Shown one piece after another: positions 17,916 through 27,767 of a stretch of DNA of 64,000 bases. How positions within the stretch are numbered: position 1 is the stretch's first letter; each line of letters starts with the position of its first letter. Source of the stretch: Methanobacteriota archaeon. Lineage in GTDB: Archaea; Thermoplasmatota; Thermoplasmata; SG8-5; DAIRED01. The notes beneath the pieces are model-generated. The model saw nothing but the letters and a program-made list of their open reading frames with translations, was not told the origin of the DNA and made no database searches. The stretch is from NCBI GenBank assembly GCA_043799545.1, contig JAZDNO010000027.1:1-64000 (forward strand), read 5' to 3'. The position numbers and the translations under genes are program-made.

Positions 17916-20108
17916 TCATCGTCCCTCCAGGGCTCCAAGCGCCGCTACGCACTGGCCGGCAGATATGCCTCCGTCCCCGTTCGGGAGCGAGTCGTGGAAG
18001 AGCGGCTTGAGACCGGCGGCGAACGCGGCGTCCTCGAAGTACCTCGCAACGGGGATGCTGTAAGACACTCCGCCCGATAGGCCGATTGAATCCAGCCCCT
18101 CCTTCGCCGCGCCGTCGGCTGCGACCTGGACGAGGCCTTCGATCATCGCCCTGACGAAAGAGGCCGCTGCATTGGAGCGCTCGCTTAGGCTCTTTGGGCT
18201 CATCTCCATCAAACGGCGGAACATCGGAAGTGTCTTCACCACTCCATCCTTGATTTCGATCTCGAATTTATAGTTCGGTTTTCCCCGCTCCAGCAAAGGC
18301 TCGAGTCTCATTGCCGGCTCGCCGTCGTAGGTACGCTTCGAGCAGGCTCCGAGATAAACCGAGAGCGCATCGAGCACCCGACCCGCGCTGCTCGTCTTCG
18401 GACTGGCGTCGAACGATTTCTCCACGACGGCCGCCTCGACGCCATCGAGCGCCGTCGCTTCCAAACCGAGAGCGCATTGTATCCCATGGAGGAAACGCTT
18501 CGGGTTCTCCACCGACCCCTCGCCGCCCGGCAACGGGAGACATTCCAGGTGCCCCAGCCGTTTATAGCTCCGTGCATCGCTGAGCAGGACCTCGCCACCC
18601 CAGGCCTCGCCGTCATCCCCATACCCCGTTCCGTCGATGGTAAGAACGACCGCCCGCCCAAGCCTGGTCTCGGCCATTAGCGACAGAGCGTGCGCCCAGT
18701 GATGCTGGACCTCGACCAACTTCGCCCCGTGCGCCTCGGCCAGCTCCTCCCCCACGCGCCTCGTGGGGTAGCGCGGGTGCATGTCGACCGCTATCGCATC
18801 GAACTTCTCCAGGCCCCGCAGGCGCATCAGGCTCGCTATCGCGCCGCGGTGAAACTCGTTCACGTCGTAGTCGCTCGCGTCACCGATATACTGGCTGGGC
18901 GTCAAAATCCCTCGGGAGGCGACGCATGCCGTGACGTTCTCGCCTGGGCCGACCCCAAGCACTGCCCCTCTCATGCCCACGGGCATCGATGTCGGAACAA
19001 TGCCCCTGGAGCGCCTTATGTAGAACCTGTTGGGGCCATATAGTTTCACCACCGAGTCGTCGCATCTGTTCGCAATCTCCCTGTTGTGAAGAAGGTAGAC
19101 GTCTGCGCCGAGCCCGAACATCTCCTTGTTCTCCAGATGCATCGGCGAACCTGGCGGGTTGGCTGAGGTCATGATTAGAACATCGGCGCGCAGGTTTTCG
19201 AATATGATGTGGTGGACGCCGGAATAGGGCAGCATCACCCCCACGTAGTCTAGGCCGGGTGCAACTACCTCCATCCATTCTTCCCTCGCCTTCTTTCGGA
19301 GAAGCACCACGGGCCTCGATGGGGATTGAAGCTCGGCTTCCTCGCGCTCACCCATAGCGAAAAGCTTTTTGGCTGCGTCGAAATCGCGCACCATGACCGC
19401 GAACGGCTTGGCCTCCCGAGCGTACCACTGGCGGAAGCGTTTTGCTTCGCCCGCCGTGCAACAGAGATGCGCCCCCCCCCAACCTTTAAGCACACCGAAC
19501 TTGCCCGAATCGAGAGCTTTCGCGAAAGCACCGATGTCCCCAGGAAGCATCTCTCCCAAAGGGCCGTACATTGCGTAAGATGGACCGCACTCCGGACAGC
19601 TCACTGTCTGGTGGTGGAAGCGCCTGTCCGCGTCGGAACCGTACTCCGCGCCGCACTCCCGGCACATCCTGAACGGCTCCATTGTCGTGCGCTGGCGGTC
19701 GTATGGCGTTCCGCGGATGACCGAGAAGCGCTCCCCGCAGTTCGTGCAGCTCGTGAACGGGTATCCGTGCCGTCGGTCCATGGATTCGGCCATCTCGCGC
19801 AGGCACTCTGGGCATACGGCAGTGTCGGGGGGTATCTCCGCTCGGCCTGCGATTGTCTGGCTCTCCAAAATGATGAAACCTTTGTTCTCCGGCATTCCCT
19901 TCAAGGTGATGACTGAGTCTATCCGGGCCAGTGGGGGCAACGCTTTCCGAAGGCCCGCCAAAAAGACTTCGTAGTCCCCGTCAACGACTATCTCGACTCC
20001 CTGGCCATCGTTCCGGACATGGCCGTTGATCCCCATTGCCCGGGCGACGCGGACGACCGTCGGGCGGAAGCCGACACCCTGGACGACACCGGTGATGCGT
20101 AACCTCAT
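17916..20108 (-). CDS. hypF: [NiFe]-hydrogenase maturation carbamoyltransferase HypF
   Basis: Acylphosphatase GVVQGVGFRP, two Zn fingers (C--C...YPFTSCTNCG; C--C...RRFHHQTVSCP-CGP), DMHP, QHHWAH, DGTGYG, DGGISAGQ. Confidence 0.96.
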   Translation of the reverse strand: MRLRITGVVQGVGFRPTVVRVARAMGINGHVRNDGQGVEIVVDGDYEVFLAGLRKALPPLARIDSVITLKGMPENKGFIILESQTIAGRAEIPPDTAVCPECLREMAESMDRRHGYPFTSCTNCGERFSVIRGTPYDRQRTTMEPFRMCRECGAEYGSDADRRFHHQTVSCPECGPSYAMYGPLGEMLPGDIGAFAKALDSGKFGVLKGWGGAHLCCTAGEAKRFRQWYAREAKPFAVMVRDFDAAKKLFAMGEREEAELQSPSRPVVLLRKKAREEWMEVVAPGLDYVGVMLPYSGVHHIIFENLRADVLIMTSANPPGSPMHLENKEMFGLGADVYLLHNREIANRCDDSVVKLYGPNRFYIRRSRGIVPTSMPVGMRGAVLGVGPGENVTACVASRGILTPSQYIGDASDYDVNEFHRGAIASLMRLRGLEKFDAIAVDMHPRYPTRRVGEELAEAHGAKLVEVQHHWAHALSLMAETRLGRAVVLTIDGTGYGDDGEAWGGEVLLSDARSYKRLGHLECLPLPGGEGSVENPKRFLHGIQCALGLEATALDGVEAAVVEKSFDASPKTSSAGRVLDALSVYLGACSKRTYDGEPAMRLEPLLERGKPNYKFEIEIKDGVVKTLPMFRRLMEMSPKSLSERSNAAASFVRAMIEGLVQVAADGAAKEGLDSIGLSGGVSYSIPVARYFEDAAFAAGLKPLFHDSLPNGDGGISAGQCVAALGALEGR

Positions 20109-20157
20109 CAGCGCTGGATTGAGCCGGGATTATAGATAGCTTAGCTTTCCCCTCCTC

Positions 20158-23100
20158 TCACCAATCGACCGTGAACGATGAGTCGCCGGTGGCATATACC
20201 CAATAGGCCTCGCCGCGCTTTAGTATCCGGGAATCTGGCAGGGCGACAGTCGAGTACTCCGTCATCTCATCGTATCCCTCGATGATGGCGATCGCCGGGC
20301 AAATGCTTTTCAGTGCGCCGACCGTGAAGGTCGCATCGTTCAGAGCCGGATACCCTATCAGATTCCACCCGGCCTTTATCGAGATTGCTGTGGACGATGG
20401 CTCGTCTCCCTGAACCTCCAAGAATCCATCTCCCGCGTCAATGACGTATAGCCAGACACCCTTTTTATTATCCAGGTTCTTCAGGTCGTTCATCGCGTCC
20501 GGCCATGCAGAATTGTATTGCTTCCAATGGTCCATTGCGTCAGTCGGGTCGTACCACATGGCTCTAGTCCAGACCACGTTGCCGTCGGAGTCCTGCAATG
20601 CATTTGGGAGCGCCGTGTCCTGCACAACAATGGGCACGGATACGAGGTTCCAGCCGGCATGCACGGGTATCGCGCATACCGTTACAGCCATGACCGTGAA
20701 ATTCCAGTAGAAATTCAACCAATGCCCGAAACTGTCCTCCGCCGATATCTGGCACTTCACGACTTCGCCTGGCGCGAATCCCATGCCATGCGTGTACCAG
20801 ACAGCGTAGCCATTCGAGATGGCCGACCAATCATACCACACGGCAAAGTCCTGAACGTACAGCCGCATCGTTGCCTTTGCGACGCCGCCGATGTCAGTTA
20901 CATTCAATATTATCGTGGGGGTTGTGCTCATCGTAATGCCCCCAGGCGAAGGGTTGACGCCCCAGGCTACCGGCGGGGACTTGTCCACCGTGAACGTCCA
21001 CGAGAAGTCCATCGGGTTGTCGCTTGTGTCGCGGGCTACAATCCTCACCATGGTCGCGCCTTCCGTATAGTCGGACCCGTGGGTGTATGATATGTTATAA
21101 CCTCCCGGTATCGGCGCGATGTTGTAAAAGACCGAATATCCCTTAACATAGAGGCGGACCGTGGAGAGGTCAACTTCGACGTCATCGGTGACATGGACCC
21201 ATATAACCGGCCTGGCGTCCGCCGTGACCTCATCGATGGCCGGGTGCTCGTTTGAATGCTTCGGCGGCCCGTTATCGCCGATCCCGAGCCAATTCAGGAT
21301 GCGATACATCAAGACCGCTCGCGTCGACCCCCCGCCCACGTCCGCGAAGTCGAAGGAGGAGTAGACTATCTTGTACGTTCCGGTGTCGGCTTTTATCATG
21401 GCCGGGTAACCCGTGTCATCGAAGTAGAAAGATTCGGTGCCCACTCCCGATATCACGTTTGTGGTGCGCATCCCCCTCAGGTCTGTGCAGTAGTCTTCCG
21501 TCTGCGTCGCGAGCGACAGACCGTCCCCAATCGGGTCGGCGGCGACGCCTGGCAATATCCACGCGCCGAAGGCAATGTCTACGAATGCGGCGTTGAACCA
21601 TGTTTGGTACCAAGCCAACCACCCGTTGAGCGCGGCGTCGTACCCCGCACCGCTGCTTGAGACGTACATCCTGCCACCCCCGGAAAGGTATGCGCTGACG
21701 GTGTCTCTCTCTGAAGCTGTAAAGCTGGTCCCAAAATCGTTCCCGGTGAACCATATGGCGACGCCGTACATGGCGAGATATGATGTGTCGACCGGACCGC
21801 CCGCGGTTGTGTTCCAAATGTCGTAATCGCAGCCGTTGTCCTCGAGCGCCTGTATGTACCACTCCTGCGTCGACAGCCCTGCGTCGTCGTCGACGAGCAG
21901 GATGGGAGTGGGGTCGACTATGGTGACCAGAGCCTCCGCGTCGTTGTTGCCTGCTTTGGTTTCACCGGGAACTGGTGGCGCGTTCGCAAGTATCGCATGG
22001 TCCCCCTCGCCCCCCGAACTCCAGAAGAAAGTCAGCACCGTCGAGGCACCGCTGGCCAAGAACGGCACGCAGGAGCTCCCGATAACGGTCGCACCATCAC
22101 TCAAGTGGACCCAAAAGTTCGACTCCCCGGACGCTCCGAGGTTGACAACAGTAACATTTATAGAGACCTGCGCTCCCAACCGGGCGTAACGCAAGGCTTC
22201 GATGCCCTGGATGGCGATGTCGTGCGGCGGCGGCGTGACCGTCAAATGGGCCAGGATGATTGTCTCCGGTTCGTCCGGGTCGTTGCTCATAATGGTGATG
22301 TTGGCGAAATAGGCGCCCGGATCCATCGTCGTCGCGTTCACAGTCACCGTGAGGTCTGTCTGATCTACGGGCATTACAGTCCCGTTTCCCTCGGAGATAG
22401 TGAGCCATTCCGGCAGATTGCTGTTGCCTACCGCCCCATTTCCGATTTCGATCTCGTCCCACCATGCCTGAGAGTTGTAAAAGTTATAAAGGTACAGCCT
22501 GGTGAGATGGTTTGTCGCCGCAGCCCTGAAGTTCACGTCCGTAGCCACCAAATTGTCATCCACGTAATAATCGTAGTTCTTCGCGTTCCAATCGATGTCC
22601 CTGAACTCAACGTGGTACCAGACGTTCGCGGCGATGGGGGAAAGATATTCCTCCGTTCCCGAAACGTACAGCCTCAGGTTTCCATCATATATGTAGAAGA
22701 ATACCATTCCCAAGTTGGATTTCGTCGAATTGTCTCCCAGGACGAAATAACCGTCAGCCGAGGTCGATGACGATGTTCGCACATGGAAACTGATGTTCGT
22801 CGGTTGTATGTAAGGCAGCACGGCGTGCAGGCCGTCGAAATGGCGCATGTCCCCTCCTATCAGTGTCAGGCTGCAATGGCTCGCGGCCGCAGCCGTGTCG
22901 GACGTCACCTCCCTCTGATACTCTCCGCCGTCGTCCGTCCAGCCGTCGTAATCCCCATCCTCGAAATCATCCCCGAAGAGGATGTCCTTCGAACTGATGC
23001 TCCAATCCAGGGGGGCCTGCCCGGCATTGCCGATGGTCAAACCGTCGGACCCTGTCTCGCCGGATGCGACCGTGAAATTGTATCCCAGCGGGTTCACCCA

Positions 23101-26100
23101 GATATTCGGCTGGTAGCACACCGACACCTGCCTGACCTGGTTGTTGTTTTCTATGTGGGTCTCGTTGATTACTGGCTGCGCTGCTATCTCGAGCATGTAG
23201 TTGCCCTCGGCCGCGGGGGTCCAATCGAAACCTACGGTCTCTGCTTCCCCGACATCCAGAGCCGTTATCACCGTGCCGTCGGTCCACGACCCGTCCACGT
23301 AGAAGCCGACCGCTATGTCCGTTTCGTTGTTAAGGCCGCAGTTCATTACACCGCATTCTATCGTTGCGGTCTCGAACGGCTGCATCGACACCGGAGCTGT
23401 CATTGATACCACTGAAAGATCATGCTCCAGGACCTCACTCCGTATCTGGATATCGTCGACATACCAGCCCTCGTACTCGTTCAAGGAAATGTCCAAAGTG
23501 TCGAAGTAGAACCTCAGTTGGATGGTGTCCCCCATGTACGGTGTCACGTCCACCTCGTATTCGTTCCACGCGCACATTGCATCTCCGCAGAACTGCACGA
23601 CGCCGAAGAACGCACCCCCGTTCACCGAAATCTGCAACCAGCGCTGGTCATACGCGCTCCCGGTGTCCTCGGTCTCGTACCAGCCGTTGAAGGCGACGTT
23701 AGCGTTGAAGCACCATGAGGTGTCGATGACCGGAGACGTCAACGAACCGAAATTCGCCTCGCCCGTATCGTAGTCTATCCCGTCGTTGTAGCACCACGCG
23801 TGGTCCGGGCTGGCCCACCGATCCCCGGAGATATGCCACAGGCCGTCAGCGGTCCAATCGTTCGCCCCGGTTTCGACATCCTCGCTGTAGAAAGCCTGCC
23901 TGACAGCCACCGCCTGCTCCTGGCGATTGTTCTCAATGTCTGGCTCTACGGTGGCGAGGGTCGCCTCTATGGCGACCGTGTAAGGCCCGGTCTTCATGGG
24001 GGTCCACACGAACGACACCGCCGTGCTGAAGCCGACCGCCAAGGATGTGATGATGGTCGAATTCCTGACAGTGCCAGAGACCTCGAAGTCCACCTGGATG
24101 TCCGCGAGATCGACAATGCCGGGGTTGTTCACCAAGGCGCTCACAGTCACGGAGGCGAAACTCTCCGCTGAGGTCGGGGCATCGAGGGCAACGACTTCAA
24201 CGTCCGGCCCGACCACGACCTCAGCTTCCCCCCAGTTATCGGAAGTAACGTTCTCCCCCGCTACTGGCGCCACCTCGACTCGCAGATTGTACAGCCCCAC
24301 AGCGCCGGGCGTAGTCCACGGGAAGGTTATCTCCTCCCATGCCCCGGCGGCCATGTCCACGTAAACCGTATCCAGCCAAGAGCCATCTACGAAGAACCAG
24401 ACCTCCACTGCTGTCTCGTTGTTCAATCCCAAGTTGTGGAGCGTGGCGCCAACGGAGATATTCGCCGAGGGCTCCTGGTATCTGCCGACATCCAGCGACG
24501 CCACTGCCATGTCATGTTCGGGCTGGTACGCATGCTTAATCGAGACCTCCGGGTCGCCGAAGAGCGTCGTCTCGTAGTAGCACCAGCGCATGGCATCTGT
24601 GTCTATGAGCCCGATGTTGACCTCCTTCGAATACTGGTTCGCCGGGCCGAGCTGCCGGATGTCCTGGCCGAAGATGGCGTCGAAGAACTTCCTGTCGTAG
24701 AACTGAGACGAGCCGTTGGTGCCGCCGAACTCCCCCCATCCGTACCTCGTGTTGCCTATGAAGGCGAAAGCACCGTGCTCCCCGGCCACCAAATGCTCCG
24801 CTATGCAGTCGTAGCTCGTTGTCCACGGTCCGGTGACCCTGTTGTCGAACGAGCCGTCGTAGCATCCCTGGCTGTAACCGAAGAAGTACTGATCGTTCGT
24901 AAGGCTGTAATCGACATCATCGTTGTACAGCCTCATGCAATAATCCACATCGGAGTGCCCGTCGTGGTTGATTATGTGAACGCCATCGTTTATCTGCGAA
25001 ATCAGTTCTTCCGGAGCCCATTCGTCAGGGTACAGATCCCTGTCGTACAGGGTCTCGACGGTGTATTCGTCTGGTATGGGTGCGTTGGCCCAGCACCCGT
25101 AATATATCTCGTCCTTGCAATTGCAACCGAAGGTGGGCGGCACGGTTTCCCACAGCAGCTCTCCCACCATGAGGGTTCGCTCGAGGTACTCGTCCGTCGT
25201 CGTCTCGTAAGCAAGAGTCTTCATCACGAAGTTCGAAACCTCGTCCGCGGAATCGACCGGCGCCCTCCCAACGTACACTTCCGCCAAGAGATCGACATCA
25301 CCTCCGCCTTCGCCGTCATTCGGCTCCCCGTAATAGGCGTCGCCGTCGTCGTTGAATGTTCCGTCCAGGCATGAATAATATACATCCGAGGCGATGTCGT
25401 AGTCCGTTTCGCCATAGGCCGAGGCTCTCAGGCCCCTGCTGGGAACGATGTTGTCACCGCTCTCGCCCCCGACATCGGACCTGTCGCCGTCTCCGCCCAG
25501 CAGGACGTATTCCGTCTCCCAGTTCTGGTACGCGTCCAGTATGAAGTTGCGTACCTCGGTCTGGGTGTCGACATCGTCATAATCCGGGTCGTCGACGATG
25601 TCCCTCACCGTCACGATGGTGGCAGAGATTCCCTTGCTGATCTTGCTTGCCACGAGGTCCTGGAAATCGTATTCTCCTCCTCCGACTGCGAGGGCGTCGC
25701 TCGTTATTATCACATACTTGTACGAGTCCGCCGGGTTGACTATCGAGGTCGGTTCCGTCTCAGGCTGGAATAAATTCACTGCCCCGTCATACGAGGCCAT
25801 CTCCTCCCTGTTCTCGACCTGGCTCGCCACCGCATCGGCGTCCGACGCGAGGCTACGAAGCATCGAAACGCAGGCCTCGGCCACTTCTTCGGACGGGCTC
25901 GTTTCGATGGTGACTTCAATCTCCGGGCTATATGTAAGGCGGCCGGACAACGGCTCGTAGGATACAGGGAAGAGGTTGAGAATCAAAATGGAGTATCCCC
26001 TAAGCATCTGGACGCCGACGACGCTGAAGCGCTCCGCGGGATATGGTGCCGCGGAGCAGTATACTGACGGATCAGGCATCGTCGGGGAGTAGTCCTCCCG

Positions 26101-26598
26101 CTCCAACCGCTCGGCAAGCCCCGTGCCGTCCTGCCTGGCGGTGGGCTGCTTCCACGGCCCGCATGTTCCGTCTCGCTGATATGGCAGACCCTGGATGCCA
26201 TCCGGGTTGCCAACTGCCATCAACGGGTGCTGCTGCTGGCCCGGATAAACCGTGTGTGTTCCCGGCAATTCCTCCGAGCCTAGCGTTTCGACCTGGACGC
26301 GCTCAACATCATGGCCGAACGGGAGCAGGACCTTGACGGTCTTGAACGGCAGCGCCGGCTTCCCCGTCTCCGCGATGGCGTCGAGCCCGTCCAGCGACAC
26401 GTGTGTGAAGCTGCCGTCCGTAGACAGGCGGGGCGCTCCGAAGGAGCTCGTGATTTCGATAACCCCCCTGCCCATCTCATCGGACGGCTCCGGGGAGCCC
26501 CCGACGGTCGGCAAGGAGCCTATCACCATCGCCACGCAGAGCACCGCCGATAAAATCCTACATACCGTTGTCGCGCCCACGCCCCGACCGCCAAACAT
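20158..26598 (-). CDS. Giant secreted C25 (gingipain-like) cysteine peptidase: propeptide, catalytic domain, CARDB/Ig repeats, beta-sandwich domains and a C-terminal tandem GWNL domain
   Basis: Signal peptide; propeptide G-PALP...V-LPFG; YVLLGGD, SDVYYSCLDG, VGRAP, catalytic NHDGHS and SQGC, LFGDP; repeated HD-AV...N-G...E CARDB motifs; AGWNLVSVP and AGWNLIGYP. Confidence 0.9.
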   Translation of the reverse strand: MFGGRGVGATTVCRILSAVLCVAMVIGSLPTVGGSPEPSDEMGRGVIEITSSFGAPRLSTDGSFTHVSLDGLDAIAETGKPALPFKTVKVLLPFGHDVERVQVETLGSEELPGTHTVYPGQQQHPLMAVGNPDGIQGLPYQRDGTCGPWKQPTARQDGTGLAERLEREDYSPTMPDPSVYCSAAPYPAERFSVVGVQMLRGYSILILNLFPVSYEPLSGRLTYSPEIEVTIETSPSEEVAEACVSMLRSLASDADAVASQVENREEMASYDGAVNLFQPETEPTSIVNPADSYKYVIITSDALAVGGGEYDFQDLVASKISKGISATIVTVRDIVDDPDYDDVDTQTEVRNFILDAYQNWETEYVLLGGDGDRSDVGGESGDNIVPSRGLRASAYGETDYDIASDVYYSCLDGTFNDDGDAYYGEPNDGEGGGDVDLLAEVYVGRAPVDSADEVSNFVMKTLAYETTTDEYLERTLMVGELLWETVPPTFGCNCKDEIYYGCWANAPIPDEYTVETLYDRDLYPDEWAPEELISQINDGVHIINHDGHSDVDYCMRLYNDDVDYSLTNDQYFFGYSQGCYDGSFDNRVTGPWTTSYDCIAEHLVAGEHGAFAFIGNTRYGWGEFGGTNGSSQFYDRKFFDAIFGQDIRQLGPANQYSKEVNIGLIDTDAMRWCYYETTLFGDPEVSIKHAYQPEHDMAVASLDVGRYQEPSANISVGATLHNLGLNNETAVEVWFFVDGSWLDTVYVDMAAGAWEEITFPWTTPGAVGLYNLRVEVAPVAGENVTSDNWGEAEVVVGPDVEVVALDAPTSAESFASVTVSALVNNPGIVDLADIQVDFEVSGTVRNSTIITSLAVGFSTAVSFVWTPMKTGPYTVAIEATLATVEPDIENNRQEQAVAVRQAFYSEDVETGANDWTADGLWHISGDRWASPDHAWCYNDGIDYDTGEANFGSLTSPVIDTSWCFNANVAFNGWYETEDTGSAYDQRWLQISVNGGAFFGVVQFCGDAMCAWNEYEVDVTPYMGDTIQLRFYFDTLDISLNEYEGWYVDDIQIRSEVLEHDLSVVSMTAPVSMQPFETATIECGVMNCGLNNETDIAVGFYVDGSWTDGTVITALDVGEAETVGFDWTPAAEGNYMLEIAAQPVINETHIENNNQVRQVSVCYQPNIWVNPLGYNFTVASGETGSDGLTIGNAGQAPLDWSISSKDILFGDDFEDGDYDGWTDDGGEYQREVTSDTAAAASHCSLTLIGGDMRHFDGLHAVLPYIQPTNISFHVRTSSSTSADGYFVLGDNSTKSNLGMVFFYIYDGNLRLYVSGTEEYLSPIAANVWYHVEFRDIDWNAKNYDYYVDDNLVATDVNFRAAATNHLTRLYLYNFYNSQAWWDEIEIGNGAVGNSNLPEWLTISEGNGTVMPVDQTDLTVTVNATTMDPGAYFANITIMSNDPDEPETIILAHLTVTPPPHDIAIQGIEALRYARLGAQVSINVTVVNLGASGESNFWVHLSDGATVIGSSCVPFLASGASTVLTFFWSSGGEGDHAILANAPPVPGETKAGNNDAEALVTIVDPTPILLVDDDAGLSTQEWYIQALEDNGCDYDIWNTTAGGPVDTSYLAMYGVAIWFTGNDFGTSFTASERDTVSAYLSGGGRMYVSSSGAGYDAALNGWLAWYQTWFNAAFVDIAFGAWILPGVAADPIGDGLSLATQTEDYCTDLRGMRTTNVISGVGTESFYFDDTGYPAMIKADTGTYKIVYSSFDFADVGGGSTRAVLMYRILNWLGIGDNGPPKHSNEHPAIDEVTADARPVIWVHVTDDVEVDLSTVRLYVKGYSVFYNIAPIPGGYNISYTHGSDYTEGATMVRIVARDTSDNPMDFSWTFTVDKSPPVAWGVNPSPGGITMSTTPTIILNVTDIGGVAKATMRLYVQDFAVWYDWSAISNGYAVWYTHGMGFAPGEVVKCQISAEDSFGHWLNFYWNFTVMAVTVCAIPVHAGWNLVSVPIVVQDTALPNALQDSDGNVVWTRAMWYDPTDAMDHWKQYNSAWPDAMNDLKNLDNKKGVWLYVIDAGDGFLEVQGDEPSSTAISIKAGWNLIGYPALNDATFTVGALKSICPAIAIIEGYDEMTEYSTVALPDSRILKRGEAYWVYATGDSSFTVDW

Positions 26599-26714
26599 CT
26601 TCGTCCAACCTCCACCAAGCTCTTACAATGCTTGAATGTAATTGTATATTATTTAAATGTAAAGACTAGATACCCCATTTTCTCACCAAATCCTTGCTCG
26701 CCGATCGGTCGCCG

Positions 26715-27278
26715 TCAGCCTAGAAACCATTCCATGAACGCGAATTCGTTTGCAGGTTTTCTCTCCGGGCGCTCCTTCTCGGCTTCCACCTGGTCCTCCG
26801 AAAGCCCCTCGGTGCTCTGGGTTTTCTTTCCGACGTTTATGATTGTAACGACCTGATATTGCCCGGGAATTTTCAGCTCTTCGCGTACCTTCGCGGGGTT
26901 GTAACCGGCGATGGGGTGCGCGACCAGGCCCATCTCCGTCGCCCTGAGCAGCATCTGGCCGACCGCGATGCCCAAGTCGAACAGGTAGTATTCGCGGTCC
27001 TTGATAACGCAGTCGTCCTCCTTCCTCGCGCACGCCACGATGAACATGGATGACTTGAACGTCCACTCGTTCCCCTTGCTCATGGCGCCTCGCACCTTTT
27101 CCATCTGGCCGGGCTCCCTGACGAACACGAACCTCCACGGTTGTTTGTTGAAGCACGAAGGAGCCAGCTGGGCGGCCTTTGTCAACTCAGCAACGTCCGC
27201 GTCGGATATTCCCACGAGCCCGAGCGCCCGGTACGAGCGCCGCGCTTCTATCGCATCCTTGACCTTCATGGCGCTCAC
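26715..27278 (-). CDS. Nitroreductase family protein
   Basis: AIEARRSYR, APSCFNKQPWRF, LRATEMGL. Confidence 0.9.
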   Translation of the reverse strand: MSAMKVKDAIEARRSYRALGLVGISDADVAELTKAAQLAPSCFNKQPWRFVFVREPGQMEKVRGAMSKGNEWTFKSSMFIVACARKEDDCVIKDREYYLFDLGIAVGQMLLRATEMGLVAHPIAGYNPAKVREELKIPGQYQVVTIINVGKKTQSTEGLSEDQVEAEKERPERKPANEFAFMEWFLG

Positions 27279-27766
27279 TCCTTTTTCAAGCGCTCCAAGG
27301 TTTCCTTCACTTCTTCTATGTGGCCGAAAACGCTGACCTTCGGCCAGACGTGCGCGATTTTACCCGAGGGGTCTATGAGGAACGTGCACCGAACTGCTCC
27401 GAGAATCTCCTTTCCGAATATCGTCTTTGGCCGCCAGGCGCCGAAAGCCTCGTGCGCCGCATGGTCAGGGTCGCTGAGCAGGGAAACGGCCAGCTTGTGG
27501 CGCTCCCCGAACTTGCAGTGGCTCTCGACAGTGTCGCGGCTCACTCCGAATATCGTCGCCCCCAGCTTCTCGATTTCGCCTATGGATTTTGTGAAGTCTA
27601 TGGCTTCGACGGTGCATCCCGGCGTGTCGTCTTTGGGGTAGAAATAGAGCACGACCCAGCGGCCCCTCATCTCGCTCAGGCAGACCTTCGTCCCCTTCGC
27701 GCTCCCCTTGCTCGACTCCAGGCAGAACTCGGGCGCCTGGCCGCCCACCTTCGGCATTTCGCCCAT
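27275..27766 (-). CDS. bcp: Peroxiredoxin, Bcp/PrxQ family
   Basis: LYFYPKDDTPGCT-EA, SHCKF, R-TFLIDP-G. Confidence 0.93.
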   Translation of the reverse strand: MGEMPKVGGQAPEFCLESSKGSAKGTKVCLSEMRGRWVVLYFYPKDDTPGCTVEAIDFTKSIGEIEKLGATIFGVSRDTVESHCKFGERHKLAVSLLSDPDHAAHEAFGAWRPKTIFGKEILGAVRCTFLIDPSGKIAHVWPKVSVFGHIEEVKETLERLKKE

Positions 27767-27767
27767 G

